DNA of 55,569 nucleotides from a virus (Duplodnaviria; Caudoviricetes), in the IMG/VR virus record IMGVR_UViG_3300012964_000005, positions 1 to 55,569 of that record. The stretch is one strand, 5' to 3'. This document shows positions 1 to 8,014 of this stretch, piece by piece (position 1 is the stretch's first letter; each line of letters begins with the position of its first letter). Both the position numbers and the translations under genes were made by a program. Below the pieces are notes generated by a model. That model was not told the origin of the DNA, ran no database searches, and saw only the letters and a program-made list of their open reading frames with translations.

Positions 1-196
1 GCACGCCGACCCGGAGTTCGCGAAGGCCAACAGCGAGCGGGCTGCGGAGCGGATGAAGCGGCTGCACGCCGACCCGGAGTTCGCGAAGGCCAACAGCGAG
101 CGGGCTGCGGAGCGGATGAAGCGGCTGCACGCCGACCCGGAGTTCGCGAAGGCCAACAGCGAGCGGATGAAGCGGCTGCACGCCGACCCGGAGTTC
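1..196 (+). repeat. coding tandem repeat with 63-bp and 51-bp units (MKRLHADPEFAKANSER[AAER])
   Basis: Unit ATGs at 53, 116 and 167; same units at 55400, 55451 and 55514; bases 1-45 equal 55525-55569. Confidence 0.95.
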
Positions 197-301
197 AATC
201 CGCTCGCCGCGCTCACGCCCGAAGAGCGCGCCGATTACGACGTGCTCCGCAAGAAGGGCGGCTATTCCCGCGAGGAAGCATTGGCGATGGTGCGGTCATG
301 A
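1..301 (+). CDS. 3' part of a tandem-repeat protein that begins at 55322 and crosses the contig junction
   Basis: Frame is open from base 2 (HADPEFAKANSERAAERMKRL...) to TGA at 299-301, in the same repeat frame as the ORF running off the right end. Confidence 0.8.
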   Translation, partial: HADPEFAKANSERAAERMKRLHADPEFAKANSERAAERMKRLHADPEFAKANSERMKRLHADPEFNPLAALTPEERADYDVLRKKGGYSREEALAMVRS

Positions 302-765
302 TCGATCTCCCTCAGCTCGAGCAGCATGAGCCGCGCCAGCGCGCGCCGGGCGGTCTGGCCGATGCTGATGAACTCCCCGCATGGCGGCAGGAATTCCGTC
401 AGTGGCTCGCCGACGGGATGCCGGATGGCCCGCTGATGGCCTGGCACAACGAAGCCATCCGCAGTCGCGCCGTCGAGTTCGGAGACGACAACGGACATGT
501 GCGCGACGCCCGTATCCGTTCGTCGCTGCGCCGCCGCCGTGCCAAGCTCCGCTTGCAGAGAGAACTTCGCGCCTCCACCGAGGGCGACACCGTCGATACG
601 CGCGGCGCCGCCCCCGGTCTTGACGCGCCCCGGAAATCCAGAAAGGCCGAAGCGAGCGCTGCAACGCCGCCCGGCTCGAATGTCGCTGAGGTAAATCACA
701 TTGGTCCCTTCCATGCCCACAGCATGGAGAGCCGACGTGTCGAAAGAAACCGCACCAAAGGATAG
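298..765 (+). CDS. hypothetical protein
   Basis: ATGA overlap with the upstream stop; position in the operon. Confidence 0.5.
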   Translation: MIDLPQLEQHEPRQRAPGGLADADELPAWRQEFRQWLADGMPDGPLMAWHNEAIRSRAVEFGDDNGHVRDARIRSSLRRRRAKLRLQRELRASTEGDTVDTRGAAPGLDAPRKSRKAEASAATPPGSNVAEVNHIGPFHAHSMESRRVERNRTKG

Positions 766-1261
766 CCCGGTGAGCGCACAGGCGGTCGAACTGGCCCGGC
801 AGGAAGTAGGGTTGCGATGCGCGACCTTCCTCCGCGACGCCTACCTGCCGCCTGCCCGGGCAAAGAAAATCGCCCGCGACGTAGGCTGTTCGCCGGCGAC
901 GGCAAAGGACTGGCTCGCCGGAAAGCCCCCGGGCACGCCGCACATGCTGGCGCTGATGCTGCGCTGGCGCGAGCGCTTCACCGGTTACGTGTTCGGCCCG
1001 GCCCTCGGCTGGGACGGCTACGACGGCGCGATGCGCCGGATCGAGGATTTGAGGCGCGAGGCCGATCGACTGGCCCGCGACTTGCAGCAGCTTCGGACCG
1101 CCTCCCGGTCCGAGGATGTCGAGCGGCCGGCCCCTTCCTCTTCGGGCGCTCGTCAACTCCCTGAAACTCCGGTCGGGTCGCCTGCGTCCGCGTCGGCGCC
1201 CGGCCGCTTTTCTTCCGAAATCCCGTTCAATGAAGGAGAACCGAAATGTCGTGGTCAATAA
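701..1261 (+). CDS. HTH DNA-binding protein (CII-like position); true start may be downstream
   Basis: HTH-like AKKIARDVGCSPATAKDWLAG followed by a coiled coil; lies downstream of cro. Confidence 0.6.
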   Translation: MVPSMPTAWRADVSKETAPKDSPVSAQAVELARQEVGLRCATFLRDAYLPPARAKKIARDVGCSPATAKDWLAGKPPGTPHMLALMLRWRERFTGYVFGPALGWDGYDGAMRRIEDLRREADRLARDLQQLRTASRSEDVERPAPSSSGARQLPETPVGSPASASAPGRFSSEIPFNEGEPKCRGQ

Positions 1262-1524
1262 ATGCTCTCGGCAAGGCATCCGCCGTCGCGAAGAAACTCG
1301 CTACCGACTTCGACCGGATCAATTGCTTGGAACCGGAGCAGACGATCAAGAATCAGGTCGCCAGTTCGGTTGCAACTGCGCTCGCCGCGTTCCCGGCAGA
1401 TTTCCCGGTCCGCGTCGAGGCGAGCGGATCGCAGTCGACCTACGGCGACCAGAGTGGCGGACCGGCCACCCATCTCAACCAACTCTCCGTGAAGATCGAA
1501 CCGTTGTGGGGTTTTCTGGACTGA
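1246..1524 (+). CDS. hypothetical protein
   Basis: AAGGAG RBS upstream of ATG; overlaps the previous gene. Confidence 0.7.
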   Translation: MSWSINALGKASAVAKKLATDFDRINCLEPEQTIKNQVASSVATALAAFPADFPVRVEASGSQSTYGDQSGGPATHLNQLSVKIEPLWGFLD

Positions 1525-1574
1525 ACGCCCCGGGCTTTTCTTGCGGACCAAATCTGCGGACTGGGAGAGCGACT

Positions 1575-1886
1575 ATGACCGCTGAAAGCTACATGAATAG
1601 GCCCGTCATCGGTGCCGCCGGATACGTTGGCGTTTCTTGCGAGATGCCACGCTATCGCTGCCACAAGGAAGTCCATGCGCTCAAGATCGAGAAAGTCGTG
1701 CGCATGAACGATGAATCCGGCGTCCTCTATCCGATGGACAAGCGCTACGGCGACTTCGAGGTCGATACCGCCTACATGCAGAAGCACGATCCGCGGGCCG
1801 GCGGCTACTACGTCGTCTACGCCGATGGCTATACCTCGTTCTCTCCCGCCGAGGCGTTCGAAGACGGCTACACGTTGATCGTCTAG
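1575..1886 (+). CDS. conserved phage protein with GYYVVYADGYTSFSPAEAFEDGY motif
   Basis: GGGAGAG RBS and ATG at 1575; motif recalled from many small phage proteins. Confidence 0.75.
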   Translation: MTAESYMNRPVIGAAGYVGVSCEMPRYRCHKEVHALKIEKVVRMNDESGVLYPMDKRYGDFEVDTAYMQKHDPRAGGYYVVYADGYTSFSPAEAFEDGYTLIV

Positions 1887-1897
1887 GCGCTGCCGTG

Positions 1898-2068
1898 GTG
1901 GGCAGGCTCCTCCGGTCTATCCGCGCGTTCCTGCAACGCTGCACCAGCAATCCGACGGCGTGGGAACGCTGGCACGAGGAACGGGCAGCAAAGCTGCTGC
2001 GCAAGGCGAATCGGCATGTGGTGAAGGCCGAGGCGTGGGCGCGCGTGGCGAAGCTCAACGGGTACTGA
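1898..2068 (+). CDS. small hypothetical protein (56 aa)
   Basis: GTG start, open frame MGRLLRSIRAFLQ...KLNGY; not in the ORF track. Confidence 0.35.
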   Translation: MGRLLRSIRAFLQRCTSNPTAWERWHEERAAKLLRKANRHVVKAEAWARVAKLNGY

Positions 2069-2203
2069 GATGGCGGCGAAGCTGAAGGAGCGCGGCGCTT
2101 GAGCGCGAATTTTAACCTTAACGAATTGGTCCGGCGGTCGTTGCCTCCCATCGACGGCCCCACCAATCGGCCACCCGAAGCGCCGGGCAGGGTGGTCATC
2201 TAT

Positions 2204-2309
2204 GCGGGCAGCGGCGTGGAAGGACACGCGGGCGGGTCAATTGCAAAACCGTCAGGCCTAGGGCTGTTGCTAACCCTTAGCCGGTATCAAGCCCGGCCTG
2301 CCTGCGCCA
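2204..2309 (+). ncRNA. tRNA-like RNA (8-bp acceptor stem, 5-bp T-like stem, long variable arm, G discriminator, CCA)
   Basis: GCGGGCAG pairs with CTGCCTGC followed by GCCA; D-like arm GCGTG/CACGC; T-like arm GCCGG-TATCAAGC-CCGGC; anticodon arm non-canonical. Confidence 0.6.
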
Positions 2310-2427
2310 TTTCCGAGCTTCCCGCACATCGCGGGCAGGCGTGGCCGGCGCTTCCGGCAGTCTCCCGATTCTTCCCCACCGAGCGCGACCTGCCATCCCT
2401 CCCTGGTAGGCAGCATCGCGCAACCTG

Positions 2428-2470
2428 CGCCGCTCCCGTGGTCCCTCATCCCACGGGGGCGGCGGTTTTT
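2428..2470 (+). terminator. intrinsic terminator-like hairpin
   Basis: 14-bp stem CGCCGCTCCCGTGG/CCACGGGGGCGGCG followed by GTTTTT. Confidence 0.6.
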
Positions 2471-2481
2471 CGGGGGAACGC

Positions 2482-2799
2482 ATGACCCGCAAATACAAGA
2501 ACCAGCCGCAGGTCTACGACGGCCACCACTTCGACAGCAAGCGCGAGCGCGACCGGTATGCGGAGCTGAAGCTGCTTGAGCGCGCGAAGGAGATCGAGGG
2601 GCTAATGGTCCATCCGCGATTCCCGCTCACGGTCAAGAACCACAAGATTTGTGCCTATGTCGCGGACTTCGAGTATGTGGACCGCCGCACGGGCGAGCGC
2701 GTGGTCGAAGACGTGAAGGGGGTCAAGACCGCCATCTACAAGCTCAAGAAAAAGCTCATGGCCGCGATTCTTGAAATCGAGATTCAGGAGGTGGTGTGA
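2482..2799 (+). CDS. DUF1064-family PD-(D/E)XK endonuclease (putative resolvase)
   Basis: KYKN...DGHHFDSKRE...YVADFEY...VVEDVKG...YKLKKKLM. Confidence 0.85.
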   Translation: MTRKYKNQPQVYDGHHFDSKRERDRYAELKLLERAKEIEGLMVHPRFPLTVKNHKICAYVADFEYVDRRTGERVVEDVKGVKTAIYKLKKKLMAAILEIEIQEVV

Positions 2800-2897
2800 T
2801 GTGGCCGCCCGAAAAAACGGCGCTTCACGATTGCCGAAGTCGCGCGGATGACGCAGCGGGTGCGCGTTGCCGACCTGGCAAAGTGGAGATTCGAGTG

Positions 2898-3206
2898 ATG
2901 GCTTCCGTCTCAACCTCCCGCATCATCGCCTGCGTCGCCGACGAATTCGGCCTGATGCATGGAGAACTGAAAAACGGCCGGCGCGAGCGGTGCGTCGTCA
3001 ACGCACGCTTCCTCGCTCAATGGCTCTGCAAGCAACTCACGCCGCACACGCTGACAGCCATAGGCGGCGACTTCGGCGGCCGGGATCACACGACGGTCCT
3101 GAACGGCATCGATCGCGCCGACTATATGCTCCGCCACGATGGAACGTATCGGCGGCGCTGCATGAACGTGCTGAACCGGATCGAGGGACGGCAATGGACA
3201 GTTTAG
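2898..3206 (+). CDS. DnaA C-terminal-type HTH protein
   Basis: AR...WLCKQLT..TLTAIGGDFGGRDHTTVLNG matches the DnaA domain IV signature; GGAG RBS. Confidence 0.8.
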   Translation: MASVSTSRIIACVADEFGLMHGELKNGRRERCVVNARFLAQWLCKQLTPHTLTAIGGDFGGRDHTTVLNGIDRADYMLRHDGTYRRRCMNVLNRIEGRQWTV

Positions 3207-4399
3207 ATACGAGCAATCTTCCTGCATTGCTGAGCCGCGCAGGCCAACGGCTGCTTGATGCTCGCTCGTCTGCGGAAGTGCTGGAAGCGAAGCGTTTGGC
3301 CGAAGCCGCATTGCACTATGCCAAGGTGACGCAGGCCGCAAACGATACTCACGCCGATTGCCTGCGGATCATAACGCGCGCCGAGATGCGGATGGCCGAT
3401 GAAATCGACAGGGGACAGGCGAGCGGGGACGTGGCCGGGAAAGGGCGCCCGGAAAATGTCCAAGGTTCGGACATTTTCCGCTGCGACATCTGCCACGACA
3501 TATTTTCCGTCGAGGTTTGGCATTGCCCGACTCCGGGCTGCAACCACCACTGGCCCATGTCGCGCGATTATTGCGGCAATTGCCATGAGGCCGAGCTGCC
3601 ACCCGTGCCGACCGGAAAATGGGGCGCGGCACCGACAACTTTCGACAGCCTCGATCTCGACCGTCGCCGCGTAGCCGAATGGAGAGAGATGCGCGATGCC
3701 GGCCCTGAGGCGGTCGAAACGGCAATCGGGAAAGCGCTAAGCGAGGGTCGCGCTCCGACCAAAAAAGAAATCCTCGACGCAGCCAAGTCTATCCGGGCGG
3801 AAGAAACGGAACGCCGACGTGATGAGCGAATTTCGCGCTTGGCCGAAATCAGCAAGGGCAATGTCGCGCTGGATATTAGCCAGCGTTATCCCGTGATCTA
3901 CGCCGATCCGCCGTGGCAGTACGAGAATCCGCCGATTGGTGCGACCAATCGAGCTATCGAAAATCATTATCCGACGATGACGCTTGAAGAAATCTGCGCT
4001 CTTCCCGTGGCCGAAATGGCCACGGACGATGCGATTCTTTACCTGTGGGCGACATCTCCGAAGCTCGCTGAATGCATGCGCGTCATAGACGCGTGGGGGT
4101 TCATTTACCGAACATCGATGGTCTGGAAAAAAGACAAGATAGGCATGGGCTACCATGTTCGGAATCAACACGAAATATTGTTGATCGCAAAACGTGGCGA
4201 GATTCCTCCGCCACCCATCAACGCACGGCCGCCATCAGTTTTGGACGCACCACGGCGCGAACACAGCGCGAAGCCGGAAGAGTTCTACTCGATTATCGAA
4301 CGCATGTATCCCGAACTGCCGAAGATCGAATTGTTCGCGCGTGCCGAGCGAAATGGTTGGGCGGTGTGGGGCAATCAGGCGGCATCGAATGGCGACTGA
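3194..4399 (+). CDS. MT-A70-family N6-adenine methyltransferase with N-terminal extension and Cys/His cluster
   Basis: VIYADPPW, HYPTM, LYLWAT, AWGF.Y, GMGY..RNQHE, HSAKP, KIELFAR, GW..WGNQ. Confidence 0.9.
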   Translation: MDSLDTSNLPALLSRAGQRLLDARSSAEVLEAKRLAEAALHYAKVTQAANDTHADCLRIITRAEMRMADEIDRGQASGDVAGKGRPENVQGSDIFRCDICHDIFSVEVWHCPTPGCNHHWPMSRDYCGNCHEAELPPVPTGKWGAAPTTFDSLDLDRRRVAEWREMRDAGPEAVETAIGKALSEGRAPTKKEILDAAKSIRAEETERRRDERISRLAEISKGNVALDISQRYPVIYADPPWQYENPPIGATNRAIENHYPTMTLEEICALPVAEMATDDAILYLWATSPKLAECMRVIDAWGFIYRTSMVWKKDKIGMGYHVRNQHEILLIAKRGEIPPPPINARPPSVLDAPRREHSAKPEEFYSIIERMYPELPKIELFARAERNGWAVWGNQAASNGD

Positions 4400-4937
4400 A
4401 ATTCACGATTTCGCCGAGTCTCTGGCTCTGTCGCAGGCGCAGGCGGATGCGTCGTGGTGGATCGAAATCTATCGATCTGCATTCCCCGACCTGGCATCGG
4501 CCGTGAATGTCAGAAACGACGGCTGGGCGCAACGCGGCGGCATAGATCGGGTGCTTACGCTCGAAAGCGGCAAGACCCTCACGGTCGATGAGAAGGTTAG
4601 GGCAGAGGATTGGCCCGATATTTTGCTTGAGGTATGGAGCAACCGCGAGCGTCGCGTGCCCGGATGGGCGGCTAAGGATTTGGCTTGTGACTATATCGCC
4701 TATGCCTTCATCCCTTCCGCAACCTGCTATCTCCTTCCGTTTCAGACACTCCGCGCGGCTTACCGTAAAAACGGACGAACATGGTGGGCCTGCGCAAAGA
4801 TACGAGAAAAAGGTTTTCGAGTGGTTGAGGCAGCGAATCGTGATTACACGACAGTTTCGATTGCCGTTCCAACGGACAAGATTCTCGCGGCGCTTTCAGA
4901 TGCGATGATCGTTCGTTGGGGTGCGGCAGCAGCGTGA
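4389..4937 (+). CDS. putative PD-(D/E)XK nuclease-fold protein
   Basis: QRGGID...VDEKVR...DILLEVWS...GW...CDYIAY; overlaps the methylase stop. Confidence 0.6.
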   Translation: MATEIHDFAESLALSQAQADASWWIEIYRSAFPDLASAVNVRNDGWAQRGGIDRVLTLESGKTLTVDEKVRAEDWPDILLEVWSNRERRVPGWAAKDLACDYIAYAFIPSATCYLLPFQTLRAAYRKNGRTWWACAKIREKGFRVVEAANRDYTTVSIAVPTDKILAALSDAMIVRWGAAAA

Positions 4938-4940
4938 TCG

Positions 4941-5204
4941 CGTGGTCGGAGGCGACGACAGCGCGCGGCAGCATGACGGCCCTACTGTGGGACTCCACCA
5001 AGGGCAAGCCCGGTGCGAAAGGAACGAGGGCGGTGGACGGCGCGACGAGGCGTCGAAAGTAGGTTCCAACTCATAGCGGCTCGTCTCCGACTATGAGGCC
5101 TGTAGCGAGGGCTGGCTCCGCAAGGCCGGAACATTCGCAAGGGCTGGCACCGGCCTCGCGCAAAATTGCGGGGACGGTCGTGCTATGCCCTTCGCTCAGG
5201 CTTC
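4941..5204 (+). ncRNA. highly structured non-coding element upstream of the replication gene
   Basis: 15-bp helix 4941-4955/5081-5095 with three G-U pairs; second multi-stem domain 5095-5204; GCAA loop. Confidence 0.55.
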
Positions 5205-5242
5205 ACCACTGGCCGATAGTAAAGAAAGAATGGAGTCCGGAT

Positions 5243-5563
5243 ATGAATGTAGTCCCGATAAGACAGGCTGAATCGACATTCGCGGACTTCTGGAAAGCCT
5301 ATCCGCGGAAGGTGGCGAAGAAGGCGGCATTGAAAGCATGGACGCGAGCATTACGGGAAGGCGCGACGCCGGAAGCCATATTGGACGCGCTTGCGCGCTG
5401 GCGCCGAAGCGGCCAGTTCCCGACCGATATGCAGTACGTACCGCATCCGACGACGTGGCTGAATCAAGGGCGGTGGGAAGACGAATACGACGAAGCGCTG
5501 CCGAGCGGCCGGGTGACGGCGGCGGACATCGAAGCGAGGATGCAGAAGCATGAAACTCGTTGA
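5243..5563 (+). CDS. phage replication-initiator C-terminal domain protein (no N-terminal DNA-binding domain)
   Basis: FADFWKAYPRKVAKKAALKAW...QYVPHPTTWLNQGRWEDE; GGAG RBS; 106 aa. Confidence 0.8.
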   Translation: MNVVPIRQAESTFADFWKAYPRKVAKKAALKAWTRALREGATPEAILDALARWRRSGQFPTDMQYVPHPTTWLNQGRWEDEYDEALPSGRVTAADIEARMQKHETR

Positions 5564-6116
5564 GGTCGTTGAAGGCATCGCCCTTCGCTGCGGCAATATG
5601 GATGCCGATAGGTGTGCGGCGCTGGCGAGCGATATGCGTGCAGCCGGCTTGCGCGAAGGCCCGAACCTTCAAACGGCGTTTGACAGGTGGCGCGCGATGT
5701 GGACGAAGCGGGCCGCGCCCACCGCTGCCGAGTTTGCCAGCTTCGCGAGGGCTCCAACTGCGCCGCTGTCGGGTGGCGGAAATGGTTTTCATAAGCGCCA
5801 GGAGGAACGCGACGCCGCCCGCCGCCAGCTTGCCCGCGAGATGGCCGAAGCGGGCTTCGTCGATTTCCGGCAGCGCTACGGAAAACAGGAATGGGAATGG
5901 CAGGCATGGACGCGGATCGTGAAGCTCGCGAACGAATACGCGCAGGCGAAGCAGCTATTCGACGCCGGCCGGATGCGGGAACAGCGCTTTGCCGACTACC
6001 GTTACAAGCTGACGGACGAGGAGATAACGAACGCCCGGCAATCATGGGAATCGCAGCGGGATTTCCGGTCTTCGGTCAACACGTCGGCCCTGCGGCAACC
6101 AACGGGGGCGCCATGA
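5550..6116 (+). CDS. hypothetical protein (helicase-loader position)
   Basis: Overlaps the initiator gene; helical composition. Confidence 0.65.
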   Translation: MKLVEVVEGIALRCGNMDADRCAALASDMRAAGLREGPNLQTAFDRWRAMWTKRAAPTAAEFASFARAPTAPLSGGGNGFHKRQEERDAARRQLAREMAEAGFVDFRQRYGKQEWEWQAWTRIVKLANEYAQAKQLFDAGRMREQRFADYRYKLTDEEITNARQSWESQRDFRSSVNTSALRQPTGAP

Positions 6117-6200
6117 CGGCCGACACCGAAGGCGCGGCCGAGCTGCCGCTGGCGGGGTGAGGGGATGACCGAAGTCAGATTCACCGACACCACCGGCCGC

Positions 6201-6518
6201 TCAGGCGGCAAGGAGCTTCCGCATGGCGGCGATGACGACGCTGTGATCGTCGAGCATCCGCAACAGCGCCGGTCGCACGGTCGACGGGATGGGGCTACGG
6301 CCGCTCAGCCAGTAGCGCATCGTCCGATAAGAATATCCGAGCGCCCGCGCCAGCTCGGATTGCCAGCGTTCGCCGTACAGCGCCCGGCCGCAGTCGGCGA
6401 GGATATCGGGATTCAAAGCGGAAGGGGCGGCCGTAGCCGCCCCCGCATTTTCCGGCCTTTCGGCCTTGTCAACCGGGGCCGAAGCCGCGGCGAGTATTTC
6501 ATCGTTATTCCCGCGCAT
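6201..6518 (-). CDS. HTH transcriptional regulator (Aca-like)
   Basis: WQSELARALGYSYRTMRYWLSGRSPIP HTH. Confidence 0.8.
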   Translation of the reverse strand: MRGNNDEILAAASAPVDKAERPENAGAATAAPSALNPDILADCGRALYGERWQSELARALGYSYRTMRYWLSGRSPIPSTVRPALLRMLDDHSVVIAAMRKLLAA

Positions 6519-6521
6519 ATT

Positions 6522-6995
6522 TTACTCCGCCCGCCCCTCGGATTGCAATACATCGTAGTTGGCATCGGTCATGCAGCTCCATGCACCGCAGCCGCGCCAG
6601 TTTTCCGGCCCATCAATCCCGACCGCGCACAGGATGTTGCCTTTCGCATCATCGCGATCCTTGCCCCACGCGCGGTAGCGCGTCTCGACCATCTCGCCGA
6701 CGCCGCCCATCGATGCATGGCTGCGCTGCGAGCGGCGCACGACATAGTCGCGAGCGCCGTCGGCCTCGGCCGCGAAGCCATCCTCGTCGAAATCGTATTC
6801 TTCCTCGCCGTCATCATCGTAGCTGACAGTGACGAACGGCGAATACGCGTTCACGCGATCGGCATCGGTCGGGATCGCGCGGATATCCCACACATGGCCG
6901 TCGGCGCCCAGGATTTCCTCGCCAACCTCGCCGGCCGTCAGGCCGCGCCGCACGTCGCCATTCATGTCAAGGGTGTATGTATCGGTGAGGGTCAT
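6522..6995 (-). CDS. acidic hypothetical protein, candidate anti-defence protein
   Basis: GGAGG RBS; 157 aa; D/E-rich (YDDDGEEEYDFDEDG); directly upstream of the HTH gene. Confidence 0.7.
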   Translation of the reverse strand: MTLTDTYTLDMNGDVRRGLTAGEVGEEILGADGHVWDIRAIPTDADRVNAYSPFVTVSYDDDGEEEYDFDEDGFAAEADGARDYVVRRSQRSHASMGGVGEMVETRYRAWGKDRDDAKGNILCAVGIDGPENWRGCGAWSCMTDANYDVLQSEGRAE

Positions 6996-7042
6996 CGTAA
7001 CCGGGCCTCCTCGCCCCTGCTGGCCGGCATGATCGCCGCGCC

Positions 7043-7079
7043 TGTTCCTAATAATAGGAACATCGACGGCCGAATGCAA
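7043..7079 (-). promoter_or_regulatory. sigma70 promoter with overlapping inverted-repeat operator
   Basis: Minus strand TTGCAT-17 nt-TATTAT; palindrome TGTTCCTA-ATAA-TAGGAACA (7043-7062) covers the -10 box. Confidence 0.8.
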
Positions 7080-7090
7080 GAGGAATTTTC

Positions 7091-7270
7091 ATGGACGATG
7101 AACCTTTTTCGGACGGCATGAAAATCGCCTGGTCGGATACTACCGGTCGCTCCCATGCGGGCGTACTACGGCCATCCCCGGATATTCCGGTGCTCAGGGA
7201 CTTCCTGTGGAAAAGGCCGGTTCAAGCCACGCTTGCCGATAAAATCAATGGCCTGGGGGTGATCGAATGA
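7091..7270 (+). CDS. small hypothetical protein (59 aa)
   Basis: GAGGA RBS; ATGA overlap with the gene at 7267. Confidence 0.45.
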   Translation: MDDEPFSDGMKIAWSDTTGRSHAGVLRPSPDIPVLRDFLWKRPVQATLADKINGLGVIE

Positions 7271-7569
7271 GCGAAATGATCGACCGTGTTGCGCGTGCGA
7301 TGGACCCCGAATTGTGGTGGGGGTTCGACACTCTGCGGGCGAACGGCAAAAAAATCGGCCAAGAGATCGCAGTCGGCATTGATATTTCGCGCGACCGCGC
7401 TCGCCGGGCCATCGTCGCCATGCGGGAGCCAACGCCGGCGATGCGGAAGGCCGGCAATCTGCGCATGCATGAAACGCCTCTCGGCAATGGGCAGACAGTC
7501 CTGACGCCCGGTTTAGGCGAAAGTGGGCAGGCCGCTTACGAACGCATGATCGATGAGGCGCTGAAATGA
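7267..7569 (+). CDS. hypothetical phage protein
   Basis: MIDRVARAM...AIVAMREPTPAM..AG...MIDEAL pattern; coupled ORF. Confidence 0.75.
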   Translation: MSEMIDRVARAMDPELWWGFDTLRANGKKIGQEIAVGIDISRDRARRAIVAMREPTPAMRKAGNLRMHETPLGNGQTVLTPGLGESGQAAYERMIDEALK

Positions 7570-8003
7570 TGCCAGCCGCAGCCCTGCCGAAGCGCAAGCG
7601 CCGGGCACGCCGTCCGGTTGCCGAAGAACGGGTCGGTGCCACGATCGAAACGGCGGCCAAGCTGACGGAGGACCCGCTGTTCCGCATCCTGGCGCTATAC
7701 GGCCGGGGCGATGCGGCGCTGGAACGCGCGGCCGGCGAGATCAAGGCGATCTACGGCGCGGTGTGCAAGGGCCTGTTCAAGCGTGGCCATGCCCTCGGCG
7801 AGCGGCTCGGCAACGCAAAGGCGGAGATGCCCGATACGCTCGCCAAAGCCCATGCCGAGCGGTATCTGCCCTGGGCGAACGCCAATCATCCCCGCGTGGT
7901 GGACGCCACCCTGCGCGTGGTGTGGGACCGCGACGACGTGCCGACGATCTATTACCAGCCCGTCGCTGCGGCGCTGGCGGACTATGCGAGGCGGATGCGA
8001 TAG
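7566..8003 (+). CDS. hypothetical protein (possible late regulator)
   Basis: Coupled ORF in the slot before the terminase module; function inferred only from position. Confidence 0.6.
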   Translation: MMPAAALPKRKRRARRPVAEERVGATIETAAKLTEDPLFRILALYGRGDAALERAAGEIKAIYGAVCKGLFKRGHALGERLGNAKAEMPDTLAKAHAERYLPWANANHPRVVDATLRVVWDRDDVPTIYYQPVAAALADYARRMR

Positions 8004-8014
8004 GAGACGTTATC

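Noticed and set aside
1-196. CRISPR array or biological terminal repeat at the window ends
   Set aside because: Units are contiguous, in frame and have no unique spacers; the 45-nt end overlap lies inside the coding repeat and is best explained as an assembly break
2204-2309. Canonical tRNA-Cys(GCA)
   Set aside because: Bases flanking the TTGCAAA loop do not form a 5-bp anticodon stem and the T-loop lacks TTC; kept only as tRNA-like
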